From assembly GCF_001194135.2 (NCBI RefSeq), contig NC_068996.1, positions 18,269,553 to 18,333,552 of the forward strand: DNA of 64,000 nt. The letters are read 5' to 3'. The notes beneath the pieces were generated by a model, which ran no database searches, had not been told where the DNA came from, and saw only the letters and a list, made by a program, of their open reading frames with translations. Position numbers and translations under genes: made by a program. This stretch comes from Octopus bimaculoides (lineage: Eukaryota). Below are positions 24,205-37,767 of the stretch, one piece after another; position 1 is the first letter of the stretch; each line of letters opens with the position of its first letter.

Positions 24205-24422
24205 TCTTTTATCTTTTACTCGTTTTTAGTCATTTGATTGGTGACACCGCCTCGAAGGTTTTAGTCGAACAAATCGACCCTAGGACATTTTTAAAGCCTA
24301 GTGTTAATTCTCTTGGTCTATTTTGCCGAACTGCTAAGTTACGTGGGGTAAACAAACCAACACCGGTTGTCAATCGGTGATGGAAGGGGGGACAAACACA
24401 GACGCAAAGACACACATAAATA

Positions 24423-24455
<33 letters not shown>

Positions 24456-24614
24456 ACACGAAAGGCTTCTTTCAGTTTCCGTCTACCAAATCCACGCACA
24501 AGGATTTTGTCGGCCCGAGGCTATAGTAAAAGACACTTGCCCCAGGAGCCATGCGTGAAACTGAACCCAGGACCATGTGGTTGGAAAGCAAGCTTCTTAC
24601 CACACAGGCACGCC
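24205..24614 (-). mobile_element. SINE family 1, near full-length
   Basis: Reverse complement of head, (CA)n middle and tail. Confidence 0.85.
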
Positions 24615-24699
24615 TTCGCCTCTTTATATTATACTGAAAATTTTGTTTCTATTATGGTAACAGTCAACTGTTTGAAAATAGTTAATATTTAGTTGCATA

Positions 24700-27660
24700 T
24701 TGAAGTGATTTCAAGGTTCAGAATAATCAGAGGCTTGATATTATAAATCCTAGAATGAGTTAAAATACATACTGATATACAAAACAATATGAGAGTCAAA
24801 GAGAAGAGAAACATACTGATAAAACTGAAGGAAGTAAAGCTAAAGTAACTATCAACCGTAAAGAGACGTACTTAAATCACAACCAAGTAGAAAGTTAAGT
24901 AGGTAGACAACAATAGATTATAAAAGAACAGAGAGGATATTTATAAGTAATCGCTCGGGAGAAACAAATACTTGAAAGGATATAAGAAGGTGTAACAGGT
25001 GGTGGGGAGGCAAAATAACGAGGTATAAATTATAGTGAGATATTAGTTGAATAGTAAAATTAATTTTTGGAATTTACCTATTTAAATGGCTATAAAATAA
25101 TTAAAGTTTTGAGAGTCTTGTGTTTGTAATGAGAAGTTATTGAAGCATATTTAGTTTGGAGAACAGAGCTATAAATTTTCCTAGAGTATCGAGTCGGCAT
25201 GGCTTCTTATTGTAGTAATAAAATTTAACAAAGGACAGGCTTTTCCATGTTGTATTAAAATAGCGTTAGAATTGTTGAAAGACCAGATGTATAACAATAA
25301 AGCTTGATCAGTTGCCCACATCTTTATCTGCAAACAAAAATATGTCCGATAATTTCTGAAAGATTGACTATGTTACTGAAACCCTTTATTGAATGTGTTG
25401 GGACGAGTATAATTTTGACTATGTGTGTAGTTAAATGCAAAGAATATAGAGAATTGTACTAATTAATATTTCTTTTACAATTTCTGAGTTTGTTATTCGA
25501 TGATAGGTGGATTTGGTAGAATTAGATTTCAACTGTGAACTCATACATTTTGAGATCATCGTTAAAGAGAGGTGTAGTATCATTTTTGAACTCCTTCTGA
25601 AAGAGTCTCTCCATGATTATTATTTCCAGGATAAAAAATACCAGCATTTGCATCTTTTCCTGACAAAACTAGGTATTTATACACCCTCCCGATCGTAACT
25701 AAAGAATTAAATAGGAACTATAAATATGCTAACCGGAACATTTTTAAAGATACCAACGACCAACACTGTAAGACGATTGGAGAACTTGAACTACATGATC
25801 GAACTGAACCCTACATCTCTCGAACTTCCCACTTCACCCTGAAAGACTTTAAGCCTGATTCTCCATTAGGCTTATTTGCCCTACTAAATCCGGTTTGTGT
25901 CGCATTAGTAAATGCATTATTGACTGGAGTATATACCGTTTGTAAAGTTGAACTATAGTACTGGGAATATCATCACCTGATTCCGTTCTCTTTCTAAAAA
26001 GTCTCATACTAACTTCCCCCATTTTGATATATCGAACTATTACGCTTCAATATCCTCCATTCTATCAAACAAGACCTTAATGTTCGCGAGAAAATTTTTC
26101 TCCCATCTCTCGGTCGGATATCGACATTATTTTAATAGCCAGAAAAACGCTTTCGCCGTTTATTAACAGATGTTGGTCCCATTCTTCTATAGATCTCTTC
26201 GATATCGACATGGGATCCTTAGACGGTGCCCTGGTTACAGACCCGGTTGGTCCTTTTCTTCTCTCTCTCAAATAAACCAGTACTTACTTTGCTAATAAGG
26301 TGGTTTGTATAGGAATGATACTCTTCTCACAACCATGGGCATGTCTCGCCCGTCCATTGAACGTATTTTATGGTTTGCACCCCATTCTGACTTCAGGTTA
26401 AATCTTTAACAAAGCTCTAATTTCTCACCCCACCATAAATATCACCCAATCTTCAACAAATCTTCTATAGAAATCTTACACTCTACAAGTCAAATTTGAG
26501 ATATATAATTGCTACTTCCAATTGACGCAAACTTGGCCGTCTTATTGTGCCTGTGAAACCTCCCATCTGACTCACACCATTTACCCGCTTTAACAATAGC
26601 AGCATTAGCACCATCACCCTCTGGTATTTGTAACCGTAACACTTTTGACCATGGTGTTGCACCCTCTCAGCCCCATACTAGAAATGATAACACCTCAGGG
26701 GTAACCGATCGTATTAATCAAGATGGAGATTAAGTATAATCCACCGGTAATGAGTAAACCCGTATTTGTCAATTCTCCCAGCGATGTTCGTTACATGGAT
26801 TTTGCTTACGCTATAACATGGTATATAATTGGAGGTTCATAACTCGACGTTCGTTAAGGTCTGCATTGGGGCACCGTTGATTTCAAGTGTCACTACCGGG
26901 CACAACTGAACTCATTTCCAAATAGAACCTCAAAACTTTCTACTTCCCTAACTATATATATACACTACTTCAAGTCCCAGAATATTCTCTATACCTGGTC
27001 CGTTGTTTGCGTGGGTGTCTCTTGCAATGCTAACCATCACGTTTGTAAGTTATGCACAGGGAGTCGCTCGTAATACTAAACCAGTGTAAAACCCCGTTAC
27101 TCAATAGGTTCTCTGATGTAATTTTCTCGTCTAGATATAAGTTTCATTCCACATTTGATTATAATTTAAAATCTTTATAATTTCTATTAGTTGTGGTTAA
27201 ACTTCTTTACTCATTATTTAAGTATTAAAGCATCAGTTTACTTTTTCCTCGCACCATATTCTCTTTTAACATGCTCTCCTCCTCTGTCCTCTTCTCCCAC
27301 GTCTTTACCTCAATGCTTTTCTCTTCCTATCTCTTTGTTTAGAAAACTGACATTCACAACTTCTTTATTATTTGATCATCCGTGATGTTTGCTTTCACCG
27401 GGTTGGCTTTAACTTTATCTTCTCTTTCTGTTTCTTCTATTCTCTCCCTGTTCTTTTTTCTTTTGCTGTAGAAGATCTTTTTCCTCTTATCCTTGCTCTT
27501 AGATCTCGTTCTGCTTCCGCTCTCTCTCTTCAACCGTTTAACACTACTATATGAGTCGCATTTGCCTCTTCTCATGACGATGGGAGCCGGACTTACAGAA
27601 ATATTTTCATGTGACTGCTCATCGGTAATATGTCCATGACTTTTTGCACATTTCACCTGC
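24700..27660 (-). mobile_element. Possible highly decayed L1/Tx1-like element (ORF1 region)
   Basis: Only weak motifs (SKIHVTNI, DGRDMPMVV, IIGHIFVC) and purine skew on the minus strand. Confidence 0.25.
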
Positions 27661-27841
27661 AAATTATGATTATTATGATTATTACATAATCATAATAATC
27701 ATTTATTATGATTATGGGCTTCCTGAAACAGCTGTTGAGTTAAGAAATTACATATTTTCTTATGTGTTTTTTGGGGTTCAGGTGAATATATATATGTATG
27801 TATGTATGTATATGCATATACATACATACATACATACAAAC

Positions 27842-27887
<46 letters not shown>

Positions 27888-28292
27888 NNNNNNNNNNNNN
27901 NNNNNNNNNNNNNNNNNNNNNNNNNNNNNNNNNNNNNNNNNNNNNNNNNNNNNNNNNNNNNNNNNNNNNNNNNNNNNNNNNNNNNNNNNNNNNNNNNNNN
28001 NNNNNNNNNNNNNNNNNNNNNNNNNNNNNNNNNNNNNNNNNNNNNNNNNNNNNNNNNNNNNNNNNNNNNNNNNNNNNNNNNNNNNNNNNNNNNNNNNNNN
28101 NNNNNNNNNNNNNNNNNNNNNNNNNNNNNNNNNNNNNNNNNNNNNNNNNNNNNNNNNNNNNNNNNNNNNNNNNNNNNNNNNNNNNNNNNNNNNNNNNNNN
28201 NNNNNNNNNNNNNNNNNNNNNNNNNNNNNNNNNNNNNNNNNNNNNNNNNNNNNATACATACGCACACGTGCACATACACGTGCGCGCGCGCG

Positions 28293-28331
<39 letters not shown>

Positions 28332-28899
28332 AAATATCACTCGGTTCTTCATCGAACCCGTTAACAGACACAGACACCTTCTCGATGCTCCTATCCTTGA
28401 TTCTGAAGGTCATTAAAGACTCGAAAGCTGAAAGAAGTGAGCAAACTGCAGTACTTTGATAGTGATTTTTATTTTGTCGAACCTAACACTTCAAAAGGCA
28501 AAGCAGATCTCAGCATTTTGTCATACGTTCTGGCAACTATGTCAACTCACCGTTTAATACTGGTACAAAATTTAACTAATTATCCGGCAAGCTTGGAACC
28601 AAAACTTTCCCGGATTTCTGGATTTCTCGGTAATTTAGGGACAGTCTAAATATATTCTTAAAATACAAAATAAATCATGAAAAGTAAAGAACTGAATTGC
28701 ATTTAATAGATTCAAATTAGTACATTTCTAAAGAAGGGTCTTTTTGATTCATTTAAAATTCTTAAAATATCTCATACTCTATTTAATATCTACATAGTAA
28801 AAATGTTTATAGGACAAAAATTAGACAAATAAAAATTTAACAGATACTGGTACAAATTAATAAACTTTTAAAGTAGAGTATGCTTAACTTTTATAAAAT

Positions 28900-29140
28900 A
28901 AGAGGATAAAGGTCCTTTCCAACTTATAGGACCGGTTTCCCCAGTTTCTGTGGCGTATATTCTCCCATTGAAAGTACGACAGTTAGCTACAGGGTTGTTT
29001 ATTTTTGCCAGGTTTGTGGATTGGAGCAACGTCAAATGAAGTATTTTGCTCAAGAACATAACAAATTACCTGGTCTAAGAGTCGAAACCACAATCTTACG
29101 ATCATAAGTGTAGCACCTTAACCGCTAAGCCATGCGCCTC
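28900..29140 (-). mobile_element. tRNA-derived SINE (further family), decayed
   Basis: Minus-strand head gaggcgcatggcttagcggttaag..gtggtttcgactc. Confidence 0.6.
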
Positions 29141-29741
29141 CATATTTAATCTTTATCAATTCACATGAAAAAAAAAAAAAAATAAAGATCAATACTATTG
29201 TTAACACACCGTATGGAAATTAATCAACAAAAAGCAGTCGCATGAGGAACAGCAGCTCGCGAAATTCAAAGTTAAGAACTTTTTTAAAAATAGCCGTTTT
29301 TTTTTTCTTTTGGTAATTCCAGAAGCTGGATAAGAGTGATTTGGTTACTATTTTATCGAACCTGGAAGAGGGAAAGGCAAAATTGACCTCAGTGGTGTTT
29401 AAAATATTATTGGTCAAGAAAACAATTATTTTGCTTTCGAAAACACTTTATCATTAAAGAAAAATGGCGTTAATTGTTTTGCTGTAGTGAAAGCTAGCCT
29501 AGGTTGTAAGGAATAGGTGACGTCATTGACTTACATACTTATATATTTGTTAAAAGAATAAATCTAGTAATTATTTGAATTGCAGTCTACATCGAGATTA
29601 TGTACATTAATCAGTAAATGAAAAACGAATGCAAAAGAATCAAACAGATTATGTCATAAAAATAACACCTTTGAATTATTTAAAGAGAAACCGATAAATT
29701 GTGGTTGAAACAAATTTACATACTGTTGTTTTTGTAGATGT

Positions 29742-30130
29742 TGTTGTTGTTGGCTCTCTGTCGCTTACGACGTCGAGGATTCCAGTTGATCCGATCAACG
29801 GAACAGCCTGCTCGTGAAATTAACGTGCAAGTGGCTGAGCATTCCACAGACACGTGTACCCTTAACGTAGTTCTCGGGGATATTCAGCGTGACACAGTGT
29901 GACAAGGCTGGCCCTTTGAATTACAGGCACAACAGAAACAGGAAGTAAGAGTGAGAGAACGTTGGGGCGAAAGAGTACATCAGGGTTCGCCACCATCCCC
30001 TGCCGGAGCCTCGTGGAACTTTTAGGTGTTTTCGCTCGATAAAAACTCACAACGCCCGGTCTGGGAATCGAAACCGCGATCCTATGACTGCGAGTCCGCT
30101 GCCCTAACCACTGGGTCATTGCGCCTCCAC
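29742..30130 (-). mobile_element. SINE family 2, full-length with TSD
   Basis: tRNA head ggaggcgcaatgacccagtggttagggcagc and (AAC)n tail. tttgtagatgt is repeated at 29731-29741 and 30131-30141. Confidence 0.9.
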
Positions 30131-31705
30131 TTTGTAGATGTAACTTTAAATCTTATAGAAAATATAAAATGTTGTTGAAAGATTCAAATCACTCACGCTG
30201 TCACTATTAATAGTTTGGTGTAAAATATTGATATACAGTTACCCGATACTTTATCCAATAGATCGCCTTTAAATAGATTAACTCCTTATAACAGTGAGAC
30301 GTGAAAAACAGTGGATTAAAGACAAAATTTGTCAGATAACATCAGTTGTTAAACGCGTAAAAATAGAAATTGAAGTCATTACATTTCAAAAATAAATATA
30401 TAAAATTTTTCCTGGAAACCTTGCTAAATTTAACAACTGTCAGCATAATTTTCCAACAGAAATAACATACATCAATAGCAACATCCTCCAACATTTGCGT
30501 CTAATACTTCTTCACTCACATGACTGCCATAATTCCGTAAATTGTCTCTTAAACAATTGAAATCGATGACTTCTTCATGTACCAACCGGTTTCTGTCTTG
30601 TTCTGCATGCTTTCCCGCTTCTGCTCTTTTGTCCTATGTTCTGCTGTTTTCCTCACTTTCGTCTTTGTAGTCATCATCTTTGTATTTTCTCTCTTTCTCT
30701 GTGTCTCCTCTCTTTTTGTGCCTTTTAAACTCTTCCGTGTCCACTGCTTTTACTATCTCTCTCTCTCTCCTGTATCTTTACCATTCCATGTCTTCTCTCC
30801 TCTATAATCTTTAGAATGCTGATAAAAGTAAGTCGTTGCACATGGCGCTAACAAACACTGAAACCGTTTTTGATATGAGAAAAACCTTCAACTTATGTTG
30901 CCCACATACAATCTCCATCTAAGCCATATTTCATGAATCTGAAGTTCTCTGCCAGACAACACTATTTCAGTATATACTGACAAATCTCTCTTCCATTTAT
31001 ATCTCCTTAATTCTCTACCCACAACATCATACTGTTTACGCTTTTTAACATAAATTATCAAAATACTATTACTTCTTATCCCCCTCTCTCCACACACTCT
31101 TCTGTCGATTAAGCTCCCCTACACTCTGCTTCAACTTTCGACACAAAATCTTCTTTCATGCATTCACACGTAGACGCAAGCACACAGCTGCGCTCTAGAC
31201 ATACGCTACTGTTTCCATGAAGAGAAATCGTAGAAACATGCTATAACATGAACAATAATTTAAATCTCAAATAACAACTCAAACAAGATCTGTTCAGCTT
31301 GGCTCACAGATTTTTAAATTAATTTTTTAAAACTAGACAGTTTGAAACTTCGTATACTGGTGTAATTTCTCACGCAGAACTCGGTTTATTTTGAACATTT
31401 TTGACAAAATTTCGTATTTTAGAAGTTATTTCGTGTTAAAGTTGTCGTATTTGGTAATTTTAACCAATCAACGACGTGCATTCAGTTGAAGAAAGCTACT
31501 GCTGTTTGCAATAGTAATCGAAGAGGAACAACTTTTGGGTCATCTCTACTAAATGTTACCACTTTGTTCTATTCGTATGTTACCCTTTCTTCCTTTCTAG
31601 TCAGCACCGTGTATACCTTACTCTTTCCCTCTCTATTGGCAGACAGCCACTTCTACACTATCAACTACCAACCAGAGAGCGAACTTGTCACTGCCACTAC
31701 AATTA

Positions 31706-32435
31706 TTGTATTTTCCGGTGTATAAGCCGTTGTTTTTTTTTCTGGAAAATTTAGTGTGCGACTTATAGAAAGGTGCACCNNNNNNNNNNATGTATGTATG
31801 TATGTATGTATGTATGTATGTATGTATGTATGTATGTATGTATGTATGTATGTATGTATATATGCATGTATGTATGTATGTATGTATGTATATATGTATG
31901 TATGTATGTACCCTATTTCCCGGTGTATAAGCCGCTATTTTTTTCCTGTGAAATTTAGTGTGCGACTTATAGAAAGGTGCACCTAATGTGTGTATTTTCT
32001 ATAAGTTTCAGGGGAAAATAATGTGTGTATGGAGATCGACTGATCCCACTGATGTTTTCAGTGGTGAACAATGTGAAAGTTTACAGTTACAGTACATTGG
32101 TACCTGGAAGAAAACAAAGCATATTTGTTTTGTTTTACCTTCATATTTTGATAATGTTATTTTTAATCTAATAAAGACTTTTATATTGACGAAATGTGTT
32201 TGTTGTTGATTATAGTAAGATAAAATGACAACAATAACAATACAACTCATAGTTGTAAAATAAGGCATTTTGAAGCTACATACACGTCAACAACAAAAAA
32301 GTTAGTTGCAGACCCGTAGCTCTATAGGTCTTTTAAACACCGGTGCGCTTTATGTGTGAATAAAACCAAAATTCTCCCCCAAATTCGGCTCTGCGGCTTA
32401 AATACCGATGTCGGGCTAACGAATAAATATATGTA
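31706..32435 (+). mobile_element. Tc2/pogo-like non-autonomous DNA transposon; left end duplicated across a 10-N gap
   Basis: TA-ttgtattttccggtgtataagccg..gtgcgacttata at 31706 and again at 31911. Degenerate right end with gcggctta repeats. Confidence 0.55.
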
Positions 32436-32454
32436 AATAATATTTCTTCCTTCT

Positions 32455-32709
32455 TAGTGTTGATGCCTCATTTGACTGCGGCCATGCCGGAGCACCGCCT
32501 GAAAGGGTTTTTAGTCGAATAAATCGACCTCAGGACTTATTCTTTGTAAGCTTAGTAATTATTCTATCGGACCCCTTTTGCCGAATCGCTAAGATACGAA
32601 GAAGTAAACACATCAACATTGGTTGTCAAGTGATGGGTGGTGGGTAAACAAACAAACAAACACACACACACACACACAACGGGCTTCTTTCAGTTTCTGT
32701 CTACCAAAT
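32455..32709 (-). mobile_element. SINE family 1, 3' half
   Basis: Reverse-complement match to family 1. Confidence 0.85.
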
Positions 32710-33790
32710 NNNNNNNNNNTATACACATACATGCACAAATACACACGTCATATTTCCTATACCTCAACAGTGGATGACACAAGGTAACCCAAGCAGTGAA
32801 CGTGCTTTACTCAACATACAAATTGACATATACCTCTTAGTCCAAAACTTGCATACACATACATCACACATGTGTGTGTGTGCGTGCGAGCGCGCACATG
32901 TGTGTATATTAACGTGCAAACATATATTCAAATTCAAAGGAATATAGCCGTAAACTATTTATACACTGTTTATAAGTATAACCAGGTTCCCAAGTCCTTT
33001 GATTTTATTTATTTATCTCTGTTATTCGTTTATATCTATGTATGCTGCTTTGCACGAAACAAAGACTGATATAGTTTCCGTTTTTCGTGACATTACCATA
33101 GACACAAGATCATCTTGCATTGTTTAGAGTCTTGTCATTGTTCAGATAATATATACGGATTATATATTACATTAGTCATGTGTAACAATTAGCTGTATAA
33201 AGTGGAAATGGCCAAAAATGGATTCTCTAACCTCTTAATTCTATTCATATCGATCTTATTTACTAGCCTGCCTCTTGAATGACGCATCCTTCAATGCACG
33301 ATTATCTTTTTACCTTTTCCTGAGGCGTGATCAAGGCTGACACCGTATATTAAATTGCGTAACTAGAGTTAAAATCAAGAACACTTTTCGTAAAAAAAAT
33401 AAGTTTCCCAAGATTCTTGTGTATGCGAATAGCTACAGAGACCTACCAGCATGTACTTTAATCGAAATAATCGGAACGGAGATTTAAAAAATAGGTACCT
33501 TTTTGACAAGTCGTCTGACGACACACATCTGCACCGAATGATGCACCACAACTGTTTGTACTACGTCTCGTCCACATGGCATCGATGCACGATGGGTCGA
33601 AACGATCGTAGTGATTAATAGTGTCTCGTGAATTCCATTTTCTTACTCTTTCTCCGATATCTTTTCATGTATGTACATATATATGCATATGTGTATGTGC
33701 GTTTGTGTTTGTGTATATGTGAGTGCGTACAGCAATGGGATCCAACATAGAGCCATGTCGTCGTGAAGCGAATATTTTACCTGCACAAAT

Positions 33791-33822
<32 letters not shown>

Positions 33823-33832
33823 ACACACATAC

Positions 33833-33863
<31 letters not shown>

Positions 33864-34014
33864 ATATGCAGTATGAGTATACATGTATTTGTATGAATTT
33901 TGTACCTTTTACTTGTTGGATCGCAGCCATGCTGGGGCACCGACTTAATAAACTGTGTTAATATTTATGTGTCTATGTAGACAGACAAACAAACAGACTG
34001 ACTGACTGACTGAC

Positions 34015-34077
<63 letters not shown>

Positions 34078-34433
34078 AGTGTGGCTGTGTGGTAAGAAGT
34101 TTGTAGACAGAAGCTGAAAGAATTCCATCGTATATATAAATATGGGATCTTTATGTTCTTGTTGGTTTGTTCATTCCTCTGTAACTTAGCGGTTCAGCAA
34201 AAGACACCGATAGAATAAGTACCAGGCTTCAAAAAAAATAATAAATAAATAATAATAATAATAATAAATACTGGGGTGTTCTGTTTGGTTAAAATTCTCT
34301 AAGCTCTCAATCTAATGTTTGAAACAAGTAAAAGATAAAAGTATATATTTACATAAAGTTACTCGCATATACCTATATGTTTCTACGTGTATGTGTTTAT
34401 GTATGTAGCTATGTTTGTTCTTTGAATTCCCAG

Positions 34434-34531
34434 CTCCATAAACGGACTTCTTCACTCCAATACTACAAAGGGTCTTGGTGCGGTTGGCTTCTCGTCTCAA
34501 CTTGAGCCAGCAGGTTTCGAGTGCGGAGACG
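34434..34531 (+). other. Candidate exon (98 nt)
   Basis: Pyrimidine-rich acceptor ..ttcccag and donor g|gtaagc. One open frame: SINGLLHSNTTKGLGAVGFSSQLEPAGFECGD. No homology recognised. Confidence 0.25.
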
Positions 34532-35133
34532 GTAAGCACCCGACGAGATAAGCTTCTCATTCGAGGAAGGGAGGTCTCAAGTCAGGGATGCGACGTACAG
34601 TGACATGTTCTCCAGTTCAAACCTTGCAGCATTGGCTGCAAACCCTGATGTCGCCGCTCGTAACACAGACGTTTGAAAAGTCAATAAACACAGATAGCTG
34701 GCAGGTATCAGTTTGTGCCGATCGGTGTTGAGACGTCAGGTGTTCTAGGACCCGGTACTACCGATTTCCGCCTCAAAATAGGGATAAAGGCGGCCCATTG
34801 GAGAAATGAGCTCCGCGAGGTGGAGTGACTGCTGCAGCGATTGTTGCTGACCATTCTCTGAGGCAACGGCACTGCATGCATTACCGCGGGGCGCGGCTCA
34901 GCACCCCACTTGTTCTCGTATATATAACCCACCGCCCTCTCCCTCTCCATCTTCCGTTGCTGTATCTCCTATATATTTTTTCTTTCTTTTTTCCTTCTTT
35001 TTTTAACTCATATCTCTTCTTTCCTGTTTCCGTATCTGTGTGAATCTTTCAAATATAACACTTGAAGGATTGCACATAACTACCGCTGATAGTACTCCCC
35101 TCTGTTCATTATTAACCCTTCTATTACGCTCTT

Positions 35134-35206
<73 letters not shown>

Positions 35207-35418
35207 NNNNNNNNNNNNNNNNNNNNNNNNNNNNNNNNNNNNNNNNNNNNNNNNNNNNNNNNNNNNNNNNNNNNNNNNNNNNNNNNNNNNNNNNNNNNNN
35301 NNNNNNNNNNNNNNNNNNNNNNNNNNNNNNNNNNNNNNNNNNNNNNNNNNNNNNNNNNNNNNNNNNNNNNNNNNNNNNNNNNNNNNNNNNNNNNNNNNNN
35401 NNNNNNNNNNNNNNNNNN

Positions 35419-35475
<57 letters not shown>

Positions 35476-35599
35476 CACACACTGTTCTTTTTCTCACTCA
35501 GTCTCTCTCCCTGTTTCTCTCTCTTTCTCTCTCTCTTTCTCCCTCTTCCTGCATTACAGGTCAATAAAACAACAAGTACGATGAGTCGTCCACCAAAAT

Positions 35600-35890
35600 G
35601 TGATATTTCGGCTTATGTGTACAGGCTGGAGGTCACACGTGACTCACCTAGACATACTGGGCTGAACTGGTTGCCAGTGAACCGGATGTAACACCGCTCC
35701 CTTCTTTACTTTAAACCGGATATATGACAACGTAGATGCGTTCTCCGTTATTTTTTAGGGGGAGGTGAGGGCTTACCTTTTCACCCTTTCCTACTTTTTT
35801 TGTATTTTTCTCCACAAACAAATATACAGAATGTGAGGTCTTCAGTGAACTGATGTAGTCACCACGTATACTGATACCGGAAGAAAATTC
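35600..35890 (-). promoter_or_regulatory. Candidate promoter/first exon(s) on the minus strand
   Basis: ETS-like CCGGA(A/T) motifs near 35683, 35716 and 35877; CACGTG at ~35637; strong donors ag|gtgagt (35648) and aag|gtaagc (35777). Confidence 0.35.
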
Positions 35891-36069
35891 CAAATGCATA
35901 TGTCTAAAGTGAAACTGGATTGTGAGACATTTAATGTTTTCTGTATCATGTTTTATATTTTTATTTTCATTTATTGTTGATTTGTTTGTGCTCGAAAATA
36001 TCTTTTATACACATTTTACTCTTTATTTGTTTTAAGTTATCATCATTATTATTATTATCATTAGGAAGG

Positions 36070-36420
36070 CAGATCTTTTTCTGCGTAGTGGCTGTGGTAA
36101 AAACGGCTGTGTGGTGGACCCGTTTGAAAGGTTTTAAGACAGACACTTTCTTATCAGGTCAAGCTCTCACAATTTCTTTAAGTATCCTTTGAAGAGTAAT
36201 GTGAGGGTAGATAAGGCGGTACTGCCTTCTAGTGTGCTTATCAAAAGGTGGACAAGAGTGGCAAGACTGATGAGACTGAATGGATCGACTCTGAGTATGC
36301 TATTCTAAGCAGGAAGAAAGAATGGAAGGTGACATTTCCCATGCTTTGGTGACGGCAAAGTAATTCGGGACTTTTGAGTGGGGTTTATCCCGAATTACCC
36401 TAAGTGGACTGCCCCACTAT
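36070..36420 (+). mobile_element. L1/Tx1 3' fragment
   Basis: Similar to 49680-49900 (..KVRV.R..KRW.RVAR..). Confidence 0.6.
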
Positions 36421-36619
36421 TGGGAATTTTATTTATTTATTTATTTCTCATACTTCTATTTATATGTCCTTTGTCATATCCTTTAATACTGTTGCGTCTC
36501 CTTTAGATCGATGTAAATCCCATTTATTTTTGAGTATTGCATCTCGTCCTGATATTGTCGTCCATTTTTTGGCCCTTCTGGCCAATAAAAGAAATCATTA
36601 TTATTATTATTGTTGTTGT

Positions 36620-36950
36620 TGAGTTGGCTCAATTTCGGTCTTATTCTTGATAGAATATATGTGGATAGTGGGTTAGTACCTATAAACTTAGTCTTGCAAG
36701 TGCTTAAAAGCCCTCCTGATAATCTTTCCTGTCCCCAAGGGACAAACTTCCAGCGGAAGCTCTACAGGACATTCGGTTCGAATCTCCATCTGAAAATTAT
36801 TCGTCTGTTTCTTTACTCAGAGTTTTCAATACACCAATTATTGCAGGCATAACCATTACAGTTTTCATAATTCTTGCAATATCAAATTTTAAGGGATTGT
36901 GTTTTTTTAATTTTTTTAACCTCTTTCTTTATAATCCAGGAGTGAAACGG
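36620..36950 (-). mobile_element. R4/Dong LINE 3' end
   Basis: VMPAIIGVL..SLGTGKIIRRAF, then UTR and (CAA)(TAA) tail at 36597-36620. Confidence 0.6.
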
Positions 36951-37045
36951 GCCTGATGGATCAATTAGCAAGCAACTTCGTTTTTCTTTATGTATTATTG
37001 TTACTATTTTGTAACTTCTTATCTGGTTTGAAAAGGAAAAAATCG

Positions 37046-37312
<267 letters not shown>

Positions 37313-37319
37313 TATGATT

Positions 37320-37570
37320 TCCTTTTATTATAATTTTATTTCAGTTGCCTTAGTGCGCGGTATCCTGCGGAGGCCAAGAGTAGCAAGGGCACTTTTGCTT
37401 TGCTAGTTGATCCTGAGCTGGAATATCCCTATTTTGATTTGCTACAGGTTCTTGAAAAGGTTGGTCCTGATTTAAAGACTTTTCAAGCTCAGTGTCAGAA
37501 CCTAAGGTCACTGATGAACGCGTTCTTCGAACGATACGGGTTCTAGGGATTATTTCCATGGTTGGAAATT
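37320..37570 (-). mobile_element. Probable R4/Dong LINE 3' end
   Basis: EIIPRTRIVRRT resembles the terminal RLE helix; UTR with AATAAA ends in (AAT)n. Confidence 0.45.
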
Positions 37571-37582
37571 ACCCTAATTGGG

Positions 37583-37716
37583 TTCCACCGAGGTCGACTT
37601 TGCCTTTCATAGTTTCGGGGTCAATAAATTAAGTACCAGTTGTGTACTGGAGTCGATCTAATCGACTGGCCCCCTCCCCAAAAATGTCGGGCCTTGTGCC
37701 TAGAGTAGAAAAGATT
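37583..37716 (+). mobile_element. SINE family 4 (Meta-domain-like) 3' part
   Basis: gaggtcgactttgcctttcat..ggggtc.ataaattaagtacca; same family as 53440-53650 (-). Confidence 0.8.
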
Positions 37717-37721
37717 ATTAA

Positions 37722-37767
<46 letters not shown>

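Noticed and set aside
28340-28430. Possible minus-strand exon (FESLMTFRIKDRSIEK..)
   Set aside because: The acceptor is plausible but there is no convincing donor or homology, and the frame compatible with the 35648 donor hits a stop.
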